The translations under genes were made by a program, and so were the position numbers. A stretch of DNA of 63,817 nt, the filler included, from Reticulomyxa filosa (lineage: Eukaryota; Protista; Foraminifera), in NCBI GenBank assembly GCA_000512085.1. It is 21 parts of 21 records of this genome, joined end to end, with 100 filler letters (N's around TTAATTAATTAA, not from the genome) between each part and the next. Parts side by side here need not be neighbours in the genome. Positions count along the whole stretch, not along the records: positions 23,584 to 30,365 come from ASPP01022979.1; positions 30,466 to 31,885 come from ASPP01005409.1; positions 31,986 to 35,459 come from ASPP01013007.1; 18 more parts are not named here. One strand, given 5' to 3'. Of the stretch, positions 23,584 to 35,559 are shown in pieces (the first letter of the stretch is position 1; every line of letters begins with the position of its first letter). Under the pieces are notes generated by a model that was given only the letters and a program-made list of their open reading frames with translations, was not told where the DNA came from and ran no database searches.

Positions 23584-24441
23584 CATTGTCATTGTCATTG
23601 TCATTGTCATTGTCATTATCATTATTCTTCCTTGCGATATCAGCAACAATATATGGACCTTTTTTTTCGGCAATGCGTTTCTGTGCAAGTACACTAGTAG
23701 TTTTGGAAGAAAGAAGAACATCAGGAGTGGTCGTGGTGATGGTAACAGTAGCAGTAGTAGTGGTAGCACTTGTGATAGTGGTGGCAGTGTTTGGATTTGG
23801 CATAGCCACTCTGGCAGTTTTGTAAGCAGGGACGAACCGATTCCTTTTGAAGAGATTGGCACGGTCCCTGTTTTCACAAAGATGTTCGAATCCCTGTTTG
23901 CTTAAGCCAGAGATAAAAAAAAGCACTTGTCGCAATGAAAGTATGTCTTGCTTAGCGATGACATTGGTGACAAGCTCCAATTCGTGGTGTGCAATGAGTT
24001 TCAGTGGATGATGATCGGCCATCGATCGCGGCGCGAACCACACTCCAGTCATCGAAGTCAAGTCAACACAAAGTCGCAGCCACAAACTACTCAAGAAATT
24101 GGTGCATACGGAATGGAATAGACTGTCATTGGCTTGGTAACTGTATCCCAAATAGTTCACCCGAACTATCCGACACATACTATCCAAAAAGACGCATCCA
24201 CCGTAGCTTTCACTATTGGCATTGTCCATTTCGTACTGGTACATGTCGTGGCAATTCAAACTCCAACTTGTCTCCAAGTTACTGTTGCCGTCCAATTTTT
24301 TTTCTTCAATTGACCCAACCAAAGCACAATCGCGAATTAACTCGGACACTCCATAGGGTTGTGATTTGCCATCGGTGTGTTGTTTTCCTTTGTTCTTGTC
24401 ATTGTTGTTACCATCATCGTTATTATTATTATTATTGTTAC

Positions 24442-24480
<39 letters not shown>

Positions 24481-26352
24481 CATTGTCAAGTGATAGAAAC
24501 AATGAAGAAAACAAAGGAATTATGTGATCTTCTTTTTCTTCTTGTTTTGTTTCGCATTTGTATTGTCTCCACGCTTGCAATATCAAATGCAAAGTCTTGA
24601 TGTCAGTGCCAATATCTTGAGCATTGTGACAACTGCGCTTTTGGTTCTTTGCACAGTCGGTGGAAAGTAAGATTGCTTCGACCTTTCTTCCGCAATTCCA
24701 ATTGCCCTTGTCTTTGTCATTGTTGCACATGCATTCCATTAGCATCTTGTTTATTGCATTCAAACTCTGTGGAGCACTGTCAACCCAGACAGGCTGCCAC
24801 ATTGTTCGATAATCACTTTGCATGGACACATGTTTGGCGAGCCATCCGTTCATACGAGTATGATAAGAAGACAATAAATCCATTTTCTCAAACCTTCTTC
24901 TTCATCATTTCTCATGTCTTTGTCTGGTGTCAATTGTTGAAACTTTTTCACACGTATTTTTTTGGGCAATGGCAGCTGTAGAGACGATTCAACTCTTCGC
25001 TTTTTGCGGTGCACTTGTCTGCGTTGTTGGCCGCCTTTGGTACTGTCATCACTGTCATTGTCATCACAATCACTACTGACGTTGCTGGAGTTGCTCTCAT
25101 TGCCGCTGTTGTAACAATAGCGTCGATAGCAGTTGTTATTGTTTCCACTGCTGCGGTCACGCTCGCTATTGCTATCATTGTCATTGGTATTCGTATTGCT
25201 ATCACTATTATTATTACTATTGCTATTGCTATTGCTATTGCTATTGCTATTACTATTGTCACCATCGTTGTTGTCGCTATCACTGGCATTGCGACTATCA
25301 AACTCGGATGTGCAAAGCAAAGACAACCAACTTGGGACAGACTCCTCTGCTTTGATAGGGGGTTTTGTCGATTGGAAAGGATTCGCAAACAATGCCTTTC
25401 TGCGAGCCTCAGCGTCATTATTATTATTATTATTATTATAGTCGTCGTTATCGTCATCACCGTTTTCACCATCATTGTTCTCATTTACATTACTACCGTT
25501 TCCTCCAATGGGCTGTGCGGACATGATCTTTCGATCACGAGTAGTGTGACGATATTGTTGGAGCCGCTCCATCGGATGTGCTTTGAAGCCCTCACAAATG
25601 AGCATTTGCTCTTTCATTGCACTGTCCACCGTCGGCGTGATCGTCTCTTCACACGTTGGAATGTCGCTCTCGCTGCTGGTTATCCATGATTGCCATTTCG
25701 ATACTACGTCCTTTTCTTTTCGTTTTTTGCTTTTCTTTTTGTTTGTATTTGTATTGCTTTTTTGATTTTTGCTTTTGCTTTTGTCTTTGTTTTTTTTTTG
25801 TTTCTGCTTTTGCTTTTGCTGATATTTTTTCTGTTTATATTTTGTCTTCAATTGATCTGTATTCCTTTCTTTTTGTTCTTCCTTTTGGACCAGATAATCA
25901 ATTTTGCTTTGCATTTCTTTCATCAGCTTGTTTTGTTGCTTCATTTGCGACAACAACCATTCGTTTTTAGTCTTTTCTTCGTTCCACTGTTGGATCAACA
26001 TGTTCTTTTCCATTCTCAATTTTTCCCTTTCATTTTCCAATACCATTGTGCTGTCACTAGCAACGCCGCTGAGTTTTTTTGAACCGCTCGCACGCTGTCC
26101 ATATCTCTCTTGCGACACTACTGCTGTTGCCGTTGCTAATACTGTTGACGATGACAATGATATATTGCCCGCATTTCCTTTGCGTTGTCCGCTACGATAC
26201 CACGGCGTTTCGTCCTCACCCGATTCACCACTGCTCTTCGCCATTCCTTGTCTGAGCGAAGGTGGTTCCAAATACTGTTCTTCCGGGTGTACACGACGAA
26301 AGTATTTCGCTCTTGGAATGTGATGGGGTCCATTCCAAACGGTAAGAAACAA
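23584..26352 (-). CDS. Large low-complexity/coiled-coil protein, probably the continuation of the CAP-Gly gene; 3'-truncated
   Basis: ORFs 24850-26352 and 23584-24883 overlap in different frames. They contain a coiled coil, poly-N, (NS)n and (DN)n tracts, and a globular region at ~23900-24300. Confidence 0.55.
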
Positions 26353-26579
26353 GATACGTCATCAAAAAAAAAAGCAATGCGTACATGCGAATTGTATATA
26401 ATTAGGTATACGTTTTTTTTTTTAAAAAAAAAAAAAAGGGCAGAATATAATGTAACAATAGATGACCATAATTTTTACAAAATTAAAGTATTTTGGGACA
26501 CTACACTGAGCGTGCAAAAAAAAAAAAAATCTTTGTTTTTAATTCAAAATTTTTTTTTGTAAAAAAAAAAAAAAGACGA

Positions 26580-27489
26580 AACTGATTGGTTGGAATTGGT
26601 GATTTGGAAAAGTATTTTTGTTCCGATTTGCCAGAAAGACCACTCGGATGGCGGGAAGTAACTTCTGCACTACCACCACGTACAATCACCTCAGGTTGTG
26701 CAAGATAGGCGGAAGAAGTAGCAATGATGGCGGCGGCCTTGGCCATCATAGGCACAGACTTGGACTGAATAATGGTACTTTTTTTTCGTTTGGACAATTG
26801 TGTTTGGAACAATTGGAAAACATAGCAAATGGAACAATGAAACTTGTTTTGGATGAATTGCTGTCAAAGTAGGTAATGTCGTCCACTTTTCCTTTGTCGC
26901 ATTGGAAATGACGACATTGCTGAGGATCAAGATTGAGATGCTTGTCATGTCTTAGCAAACCTTTGTGTACATTCTGCTTATTGCCAGCACTGGTGTCATC
27001 ACCAACATTGATATGCTCTTCCTCTTCTATCAATTCCACTCCAACGTACTGGTTACATGGGTATGGAAGTTGGTCCACTTTTTTTGGTCGATGAAAATAT
27101 CCAACGTATTTTATTCTTCCATATCTCTTCATCAACGGAAGATAGAGGACATCGCGAATACTCAGACACACTGGAAATGTCGAAGATTGCACTACGTTTT
27201 CAATATCATTTTTTCTTGCTAATACGCCATGCTTTGTCTTCGTCACAAAATACGTATGCTTTTCAAAAGTTCCGTTGTGCTCACCACATGGATGTTGCAA
27301 ACTTATCCCATACCAATCACCTTCTGTTCCATGCAATGGCCCAATATATGCGATTTCACCCAATAAATTGTTACTACTTAAGCGGACTGTGTCACCATAA
27401 CACAATTTATCCACACACAACTTTGAGTTCGCAATACTCTGGCTAAGAGTGTTTGCTTTGTCAAATCGAGTCTCGCAACGTTGAGCCAT
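26580..27489 (-). CDS. Protein with two CAP-Gly domains
   Basis: GEIAYIGPLHGTEGDWYGISL..GEHNGTFEKHTYF..HGVL, and a second degenerate copy GRIKYVG..YVGVEL..GKVDDITYF. Confidence 0.85.
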
Positions 27490-27836
27490 GATTATCCAAG
27501 GTCAAAGTATACCTTTTATTGGCTAGACGGAGCGGAAAATTAGAAAAGGTGTAACGTGGCTTAAAACGACTGACACTAACAGAAACCTGATTATTTCCTT
27601 GACCCATTGGCAGAATTGATACTAGATCAAACAACAGTGCACAGGAATTGGCAATTTACTCAAAGTTTCATTTGAATGAAAAGAAAATATGGCAATAATT
27701 TTTTTTTTTTTGAAGCCAACAAAACACGCCATTTTTTGTGCTTATCTTTTTTTTATTTCAATTTTTCAAAAAAGAAAAAAGATTAGGTTTTTGTTTCCCC
27801 TCATGGCAATCAGAGACAGTTGAGCCAAACTTATTG

Positions 27837-30290
27837 TCAAAGCGATTGCCATTCGATAGTCTCATCCAATCTTTTCTTTTGTAACAGTTTTAAAACGGAA
27901 GCAGGTCTTTCCAAGCGCTGAGCCATTTCAAGTGGAGTTTCATGGATCTGCAGGAAAAGTAAAACAAAAAGCAAATAAACAAAAGACGTCATTTGACTTT
28001 TTTTAAAAAAACGTACCAATGTTTCATCGACTTCTTCTAATAACGAATTCCAAATTTCTGGGGGAATATACCGACGCAAGCACTCCAATCTCTTTTCTTC
28101 TCCACGAATATCACTCGATACACATACATGCAGAACATTTCCACCACTCAATACGCTGTAGCCCTGAGAATTACCATATTCCAACAATCACAAAGCCATT
28201 ATGAATTTGTATTGTGTTGTTGTGTTTGTACAAAGACAAGCAATACAGCATACAGTTGTTTTGTGTCGCCAGTATGAGGCGTCGCCATTTTTGCATTTGT
28301 CAGGAACAAGCAATGACATAAGTTCGTCGTCCAAGTTACTTCGGAATCGCAGCACTTTCATAAGCACGGTATAACCATACTTTTGAGGGAGAGGGAAAAC
28401 AATTATCACGTGTAAAGTCAAGCACATAGCGATACAATAGAATATATAGCAATTTATCATACCTTATCTATTTTTGCAATGCACTTTTGCCATGATTCTT
28501 CTGGCATAAATCGACGCAGTATATGCAAGCGTGATTTGACATGTTCATCATTGCTCATGATGCTATGGTGAACTAAAGTGCCGGAGTCCTTGTTGGAGCG
28601 TGCATTTTTTTTTATGACAACAACACGTACATGATACCGTACGTCTTATACAAACATATATACAACAAACAAGTACAGAATATTGACGACACACACACAC
28701 GGGAAAAAAAAATAGCAAACATGGTTGAAATTAGTAGTTGATTCCCAAAAAGTGAAATTGGTTCGAAAATCAATAGGGATGATATACTGCATCAACTCCT
28801 CACCGACTTCATCTTGAACGAAAAAGGCAAAATGAATTGGAGTAAAGTTTTGCTGATATTATTTATTTATTTATTATTTTTTTTTTGAGGAGGAGAACAA
28901 ATGGGTTGCAATTATTTGAGTCAATTTTTCAAAAGGATATGACAAACAAAAATTACCCATCTCTCAGGTGATAAAATCAGTTCTTGCCATCTTTCTTCGG
29001 ATATGTGTTTCTTGGCAAGTTCTAAGATATCCTTAGTGGGGACATGTTCATTTCGAACAGCGTAAATCAATGCATGATAACCAAACTGCAATTGTGTGAA
29101 AATATGCAATTGTTGTTATCTCCAATTAAAATTATTTTTTCTCCCTCTTTATTCTGGATACTCCAGTCCCAAAAAAAGATTGTTTGTGTGAAATTAAACA
29201 CAATAAAACTTGAGTTGTTTGGGACCACAGCGAGCTATCCAAATTGGCAGGAATGAATAATCGAATGCATTCCATAGTCGATTGCTTCCACAGAGCATAC
29301 ATGAGTGGTAAGGTATTTTCGCGATCCGAATCGCACAGCTGAGATTCCACCAATTCAGGCGGAAGCAATTCCATAATTTCTTTGGCGCATTGATATTTGA
29401 CGTTGCCATTGTAAGCCATTTGACACAAATAGTTTTTATTGTCGCTATCTTTTTGTTCTCGAATGTACGAAGAGCGGGCAAATTCAAGAGGGAAATGGAT
29501 AATTAAAGGGGCAAGCAATTGATGTGCAAATCCGGCCAATTTCAAATCAAAGTCAAAGGAATTGATTTGCATTTGTCGATGGCATTCCGTCAGGAACGAC
29601 TTTTGAGCGATTAAATTGAGCAACTTCTCTTGTTTTTTGTTGCTCTTCACAATCGCTTTCCATAAAAATTGCACTTGACATATCATTGATTTTTTGCTGG
29701 GCACTGTCGTGTTGTTTCCATTTTCATTTGGCTCCTTGTCATCATCAATGCTATAGATTAGATCAAACTTGATTGCACTGTATGTGTCCGGGATTGCCAA
29801 TCGCATTTTTTTGCTGCAGCCAAAAAGTTGGCCCTCTTTGCCAAATCCACGACGTCCGGATGGGATGTTAAACCCATTTTTGATGCGAGCAATTTTTGTA
29901 AATTTTTCTTTATTATTGTTGACAAACTCTTCAAATTGCAACAATCCATCGCTCAGATCGGATAATGTTTCAAACGTTGCGCCTGCACCATTTTATTTTT
30001 TTTTATTTTTTATTTTTTTTTTTTTTGTCCTCCTGTCCCTTTGATGTTCCCCTCCTTTTTTTAAAGAAAAAAAATGTAACTACAACGAATCAAATCAGTA
30101 GATTGCGCAGATTTAGGAAATTTTTCATTTTGAAACTCCGAAAGCAAGGTAACGCGACAGCTGTCCACACTTTTGACCGGCGCTTCTGTGAATTTGCATC
30201 CTTTCAATCCCCAAAAAAATTTGGCAATATCTCTGGAAGAATACAATGTGAATACCTTGACATAAATTTATTTGTTTTTTGGAACGAGGA
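27837..30290 (-). CDS. RelA/SpoT-like nucleotidyltransferase domain plus ankyrin-like repeats, multi-exon, 5'-truncated
   Basis: APVKSVDSC..DLIR..IARIKNGF..YSAIKF..MICQVQF, followed by repeats LPLMYA, HALIYA, TPIHFA, TVLMKV, NVLHVC and TPLEMA in separate exons. Confidence 0.6.
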
Positions 30291-30331
30291 GGGAAACAGA
30301 AAAATAAGAATAGAATGAAGAATATACAATT

Positions 30332-30365
<34 letters not shown>

Positions 30366-30465
30366 NNNNNNNNNNNNNNNNNNNNNNNNNNNNNNNNNNN
30401 NNNNNNNNNTTAATTAATTAANNNNNNNNNNNNNNNNNNNNNNNNNNNNNNNNNNNNNNNNNNNN

Positions 30466-30517
<52 letters not shown>

Positions 30518-30519
30518 TA

Positions 30520-31098
30520 AAGGACGAGTGGTAATAAGAGACGTATTTCGAAATGACAAAGAGCAAATTCACAGTTTTGACGAAGAGAAAACGATATTGA
30601 CAGTGTGTTTGACAAAAGGGTTTGGTGAAAAGGGCGTGTATGGGTTTGTGTGCGGGGGTGCGAATGGCAATGTGATGGAACGAAAACGCAGCAGCTTTGC
30701 AATGACGACCAGCGCATTGGACAGAGGACACGGAGCGATCTCTTGCATCCGACGACAAAATGAAGTGTTCGCTTGGGTGAATAACCTCGGTGTCCAACTG
30801 TATGACATTGCCACACATCAATGGATTGGAACAGTGCCGCCACTGTCCAAAATTCAGAGCAGATGTCCCTTCCATTTGTGTTGGAAAGATCCCGTCACAC
30901 TTTTCATTGCGTCGTACGATTGGATTAAAGTGGTTAAGATCGATTACTCCTCCTCTGCTGCTGCTACTGCTACTCGACTTGCTCGTCCGTTTAAAAGAAA
31001 TGTCCATCTGCTTAGCGTGTTTGTCACCAATTCTCTTCTTTGCGGCGTGGCACCGTTTCAAGAAAACATTATCCTTTTGGGATATCCTAAAGGAGGAA

Positions 31099-31131
<33 letters not shown>

Positions 31132-31885
31132 TTAATGGTGATGATAATAATGAATATGAGTATGATAATGGCAATGGCAATAGCAATGGCAATGATGAAA
31201 ATAGGAAAAGAAAACAAATAGTACCACAATTGGGGATTGTAACGTATCAAGGCAAATGGGTTTCAACACTTGCCTTGTCTACAGCCAACGATGAACGCAA
31301 TATTGATTCAATATATGATTACCATTTGATATGGTGTCCCCCATCTTCCTCCTCCTCCTCCTCCTCTTCCTCCTCCTCATCATCATCACCATTATCATCA
31401 TCATCACCATTATCATTATCCTCTTCTTGCTCTTGCTCTTGCTCTTGCTCTTGCTCAGTGAAGAGTGAGATCGATAGCAACAGCGTGGACGAAAAGAAAG
31501 AGGAGAAAAAGAAAGAGCCAGAGTCAGAGTCAGAGTCAGAAAAAGAAGAAAAAGAGTACTTTTACATTGCATCAAACAAGACGATGTGTGTAGCGTATCC
31601 ACAGACGTTGGAAGACCATTTGCTCTGGCTCTGGGATCAGAGACAGTACGACAAGGCATGGAGATTGGTGTTGGAGAACAAATGGCGCAAGCAAATTGAT
31701 TTCATCGCTTTTGGAGAAAAGTATTTACAGACTATCCTCGGCATTCTACGCAAATACCAACAGCACCCCTTTCTTATTGTACATGACAATGATGATGATG
31801 ATGATGATGATGATGACGACGACGATGATGATGATAATAACAATGATAATAATAATAATAATAATAACAATAATAATAATAATAA
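30520..31885 (+). CDS. VPS41: Vps41 (HOPS subunit) homolog, internal fragment
   Basis: FVCGG..FAWVNNLGVQLYD..LCWKD..DWIKVVKI..LCGVAPF..DYHL..FYIAS..EDHLLWL..YDKAW matches the Vps41 beta-propeller and the start of its solenoid. Confidence 0.8.
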
Positions 31886-32027
31886 NNNNNNNNNNNNNNN
31901 NNNNNNNNNNNNNNNNNNNNNNNNNNNNNTTAATTAATTAANNNNNNNNNNNNNNNNNNNNNNNNNNNNNNNNNNNNNNNNNNNNATATATATATATATA
32001 TATATACATATATATTCTATTTGTAAA

Positions 32028-32681
32028 TTGCAGAGAAACACTGTAATCGATTTGTGTGTCGACTCGGACTCGGATGATGATTTGCTTCGCTGTCAGAAAC
32101 AAGAGTGCGATGAGCACTCTTTGTCGACTTATCATAGCACTCAAATGGACATGGATACGGACACGCCAACGCTGCCATCGACGACGATGACGGCGACGAC
32201 AATGATGATAGGAAAGACGATGACACTCGGTGCCATACCTGCAATTGATATGATGAATGTCCGTGTTGGTCAGTATCACCCGGCTCTCCTCACGCGTCGA
32301 TTGGAGGAAGGCATAGAGAGCCATTCGCATGTTTTCGACTGTGAGAGACACGGCAAGCATCCAATGCCCAAGTTTCATTCCATTTCGAACGATTTCGACT
32401 TTTACAACATGACAGACTCTCACAATGTTCACATGGAGACCACTGATGCTTCACTCCAAGACCATCATCTTGTCATGTCCACTCATCTCTTCAGTTTTGT
32501 TTGTTTGCATCGCCTGTTTGTTTGTTGTCATCAACTCATTTTTGTCTGTGTTCTATCGTTCACAGATGAAAGTGACTCAATTCCGAGTCCTGATAGTCAT
32601 TTCAATTCAAACAGCGCTCATGAGGAAACACCATCAACATGGTCGAGTTTATTTGATGATCCATTTGCTGATGGCGTGTAA
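32028..32681 (+). CDS. Hypothetical protein, C-terminal exons
   Basis: Open, coding-like frame after a (TA)n intron. A SIM-like VIDL-acidic motif is present, and there is a probable intron at ~32472-32566. Confidence 0.4.
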   Translation: MQRNTVIDLCVDSDSDDDLLRCQKQECDEHSLSTYHSTQMDMDTDTPTLPSTTMTATTMMIGKTMTLGAIPAIDMMNVRVGQYHPALLTRRLEEGIESHSHVFDCERHGKHPMPKFHSISNDFDFYNMTDSHNVHMETTDASLQDHHLVMSTHLFSFVCLHRLFVCCHQLIFVCVLSFTDESDSIPSPDSHFNSNSAHEETPSTWSSLFDDPFADGV

Positions 32682-33406
32682 AAAAAAATAAAAATAAAAG
32701 TACACAATGCTTTTTTTTTCCCCTTTCCTCTTCTCTTCTTTTGACTTGTTGCTTCCATCGAAAAGAAAATGAGAAAAACACGAAACGGTAAGGAGAAAGA
32801 AACAGCCAACGGACAAACACATTGGAGACATAACTCAAGCGTGTAGTGGCTTGAAGGAGAGAACATGTGAGGCTCTTCTCTCTCTGTTTCAACACAAATT
32901 GCATAGATAAAAACATAAGCGCTCAAAGAAGAGAGAACACGCTTTTGAACATCTTCACCGTTTTCTTTTATTTTATTTTTCTTTTTTTTCTTTTTGTATT
33001 ATTCAATCATTTGCTTTGCTTTATCCTATACACTTTCTGTGGACCATCGAGACTTTTGACTGGTCCTTGTCGGATTGCCTTGTTGTGAAAAGTTGATAAA
33101 GAAAAGATGGAAGTGGGAAACAAACAAAAACCGACAAAGTTGCGCCCAATTCTCCACCCTTCAATAATATTTAGATGTCTCTTTTATTAGTATCAAACTA
33201 AACCTCCATTGAAATGCATGTTCGCAAATTTTTTTTTTTTTAAGGAGAGGTGTGTTCCCCTTGCCACTTCGAAATGATGAAAAAAACCTTATAAAAACAC
33301 GTGTACTTTCTATGTACTCATTTGGCTTACGAAAAATGAATTGAAGTCACACAGACGATATTCTTTTCAAACTAGTGTTGTTTATCTTCCTCTTCTGTAA
33401 TGCAAA

Positions 33407-33856
33407 TTATTTTCCATCCTTTGATTTGGAATCGGATCCAAATCCGAGCCATGAAAAAAAACCACCAGAATCACTTTCCTTTTCTTTCTTGTTGTCAGAT
33501 TTTGAAGGTACTGGGGTGTTTTCGGATTTTTCGTCGACTTTGTCGTGATTCTTTGAATATTGCTTCCAGTCGTGCGTAGTTGACGATTCCTTTTGGGATT
33601 CGGCCTGTTTCTTGGCCAATTGCATCGACTCATACGAACCAACTCGTTTCATGTTGCTGTCATTCCTTGGGCTTTTCATTTTGCTTGCTTTTGGAGAAAG
33701 TACATCATCAGAAGCACTTCTTGGCCGTTGCGTGCGGGGGGATATTATGCTTTGCTTCGACGAGGTCGGTTTGTCTGTACTGTTAGTTGTTGTCGATGTT
33801 TCTATTTTCAATGGTGGTGGAGGTGGGGTCTTACTCATTATTACCAATCTCGCCAT
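33407..33856 (-). CDS. Hypothetical disordered Ser/Lys-rich protein (149 aa)
   Basis: Intact ATG-to-TAA ORF, divergent from the F-box gene. Confidence 0.55.
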   Translation of the reverse strand: MARLVIMSKTPPPPPLKIETSTTTNSTDKPTSSKQSIISPRTQRPRSASDDVLSPKASKMKSPRNDSNMKRVGSYESMQLAKKQAESQKESSTTHDWKQYSKNHDKVDEKSENTPVPSKSDNKKEKESDSGGFFSWLGFGSDSKSKDGK

Positions 33857-34192
33857 GTTTGTTATTCACAAATGATGCACAAAGTGCCGAAAGGAAATTC
33901 TCTTTTTGGTCTTGTGGATTTTCCCCAAACAACTTTGTTGACAGCTTTTTTCAAAGTTGATCCGCTGTTGCGAAAATGACAAGCTGAATTGTTTAATGCA
34001 ATTTTTCTCTCTTCCCTTTGGCTCACGTACTTTTAAGCAAGTATTTTACTTTGTTGGTTGTATTAGCCTTACACTGTTTACTTAAAGTATAAGCGTGCAA
34101 AGTAAAATCAAAATAAAAATAAAAAATCCATAATCAATTGGATTTATTATAGGTTATTTCCTTTGCCTTTTAAGCTTGGAAATGTGTAAGTG

Positions 34193-34895
34193 ATGGGGCA
34201 AAATTCAAGTAATGAGGGAGTGAATGGAACTGGGAAAGACAAGACCAGCCAGCGAGAGAAAACAAAGAAGCCAATCCGGCAGCAAATGGTCAAGACCCAA
34301 AGTGAGGCGAACGTGCTGCGAAGTAGACACGGAGGTGGGCATTCACCACAGTCCCCACATCGAGAAAAGCGAAGTCCATCTTTGAGTTACAAATATCAAC
34401 AAGCGATAGCCAATGAAATAAAAATAAACACATACTACATATATGTATATATATGTATAATAAGAAATAAAAATATGATTTGAATGGGAGCAGATGACTT
34501 GGAAACACATGGACCTGCCAACACGCATTTGCCAACGATACCATTGGAATTTGCAAAGTCGACGAGTGACAAGAAGGAGAGCGGAAAGAAAGGAGGACTG
34601 CTAAAAACAACGAGTTCGCTAGTGCCGAGCATCGTCGATGCAATCGCGCCGATGGGTGGGGAGGTGTTACGTACACTGAGTGGTATTAGTTCGAGCAGCA
34701 GAACAAGTGAGAGAAGCAGTGACACCAGCACAAGCGACACTGACGTGACTGCAGTTACAACAATTCGGAATGGCAATGATCTTTTGTTACGTGCAAAGAC
34801 AATGCCTTCCATGAAGTGCGAAAGTGCGAGACCACTGTCTTTGTGTGTCAATGAAAGGAAAGATTATCAAGCATTGGCAATAAGAAGTGTACAGA

Positions 34896-34940
<45 letters not shown>

Positions 34941-35410
34941 ACTATCAACATCGTGTTCATCAAAGCAATGGACAATATCGATGGATGACAACGATGGCGA
35001 CGACCAATAGACACGAACCTGGCCATCCGTATTACTATTCTCCTTTGCACGACTTTAAAGAGCAATTGAAAATGCCAGACAAAGTGCTGTTGGATATCTT
35101 GTCGTTCACGCGTCCATTGGACCAACTGTATTTGTGCCACGTGTGCAAGCAGCTGCGACACGTGATCTACCACAAGAAGCTGATTCCCGGACTGAAGACG
35201 ATCAAGTCCATCCAATACTTCCACGACAAATATCGCTGTTTCTACGACCCGCGAATGAAAACGATGAAGTTCAGTCTGTGCGATAGTCTGGACATTGACG
35301 CCGATAAGCGGTTGAAAAACATGATGGACAAGAAGAGATTGGTCCTGTTCCTTATTTTCCAAACTCAAATGACCAAATGTCACTTCAGTTTGTGTTCAAT
35401 CTTGGGAAAA
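34193..35410 (+). CDS. F-box protein with a possible N-myristoylation site, 3'-truncated
   Basis: Starts MGQNSS. F-box motif MPDKVLLDILSF..LDQLYLCHVCKQLRHV at ~35070-35170. Confidence 0.7.
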
Positions 35411-35416
35411 AGCAAA

Positions 35417-35459
<43 letters not shown>

Positions 35460-35559
35460 NNNNNNNNNNNNNNNNNNNNNNNNNNNNNNNNNNNNNNNNN
35501 NNNTTAATTAATTAANNNNNNNNNNNNNNNNNNNNNNNNNNNNNNNNNNNNNNNNNNNN

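Noticed and set aside
25009-25689. Hydrophobic poly-I/A/L ORFs opposite low-complexity genes (also 30414-31250 and 63207-63746)
   Set aside because: Antisense translations of AAT/GAT/AGC microsatellites.
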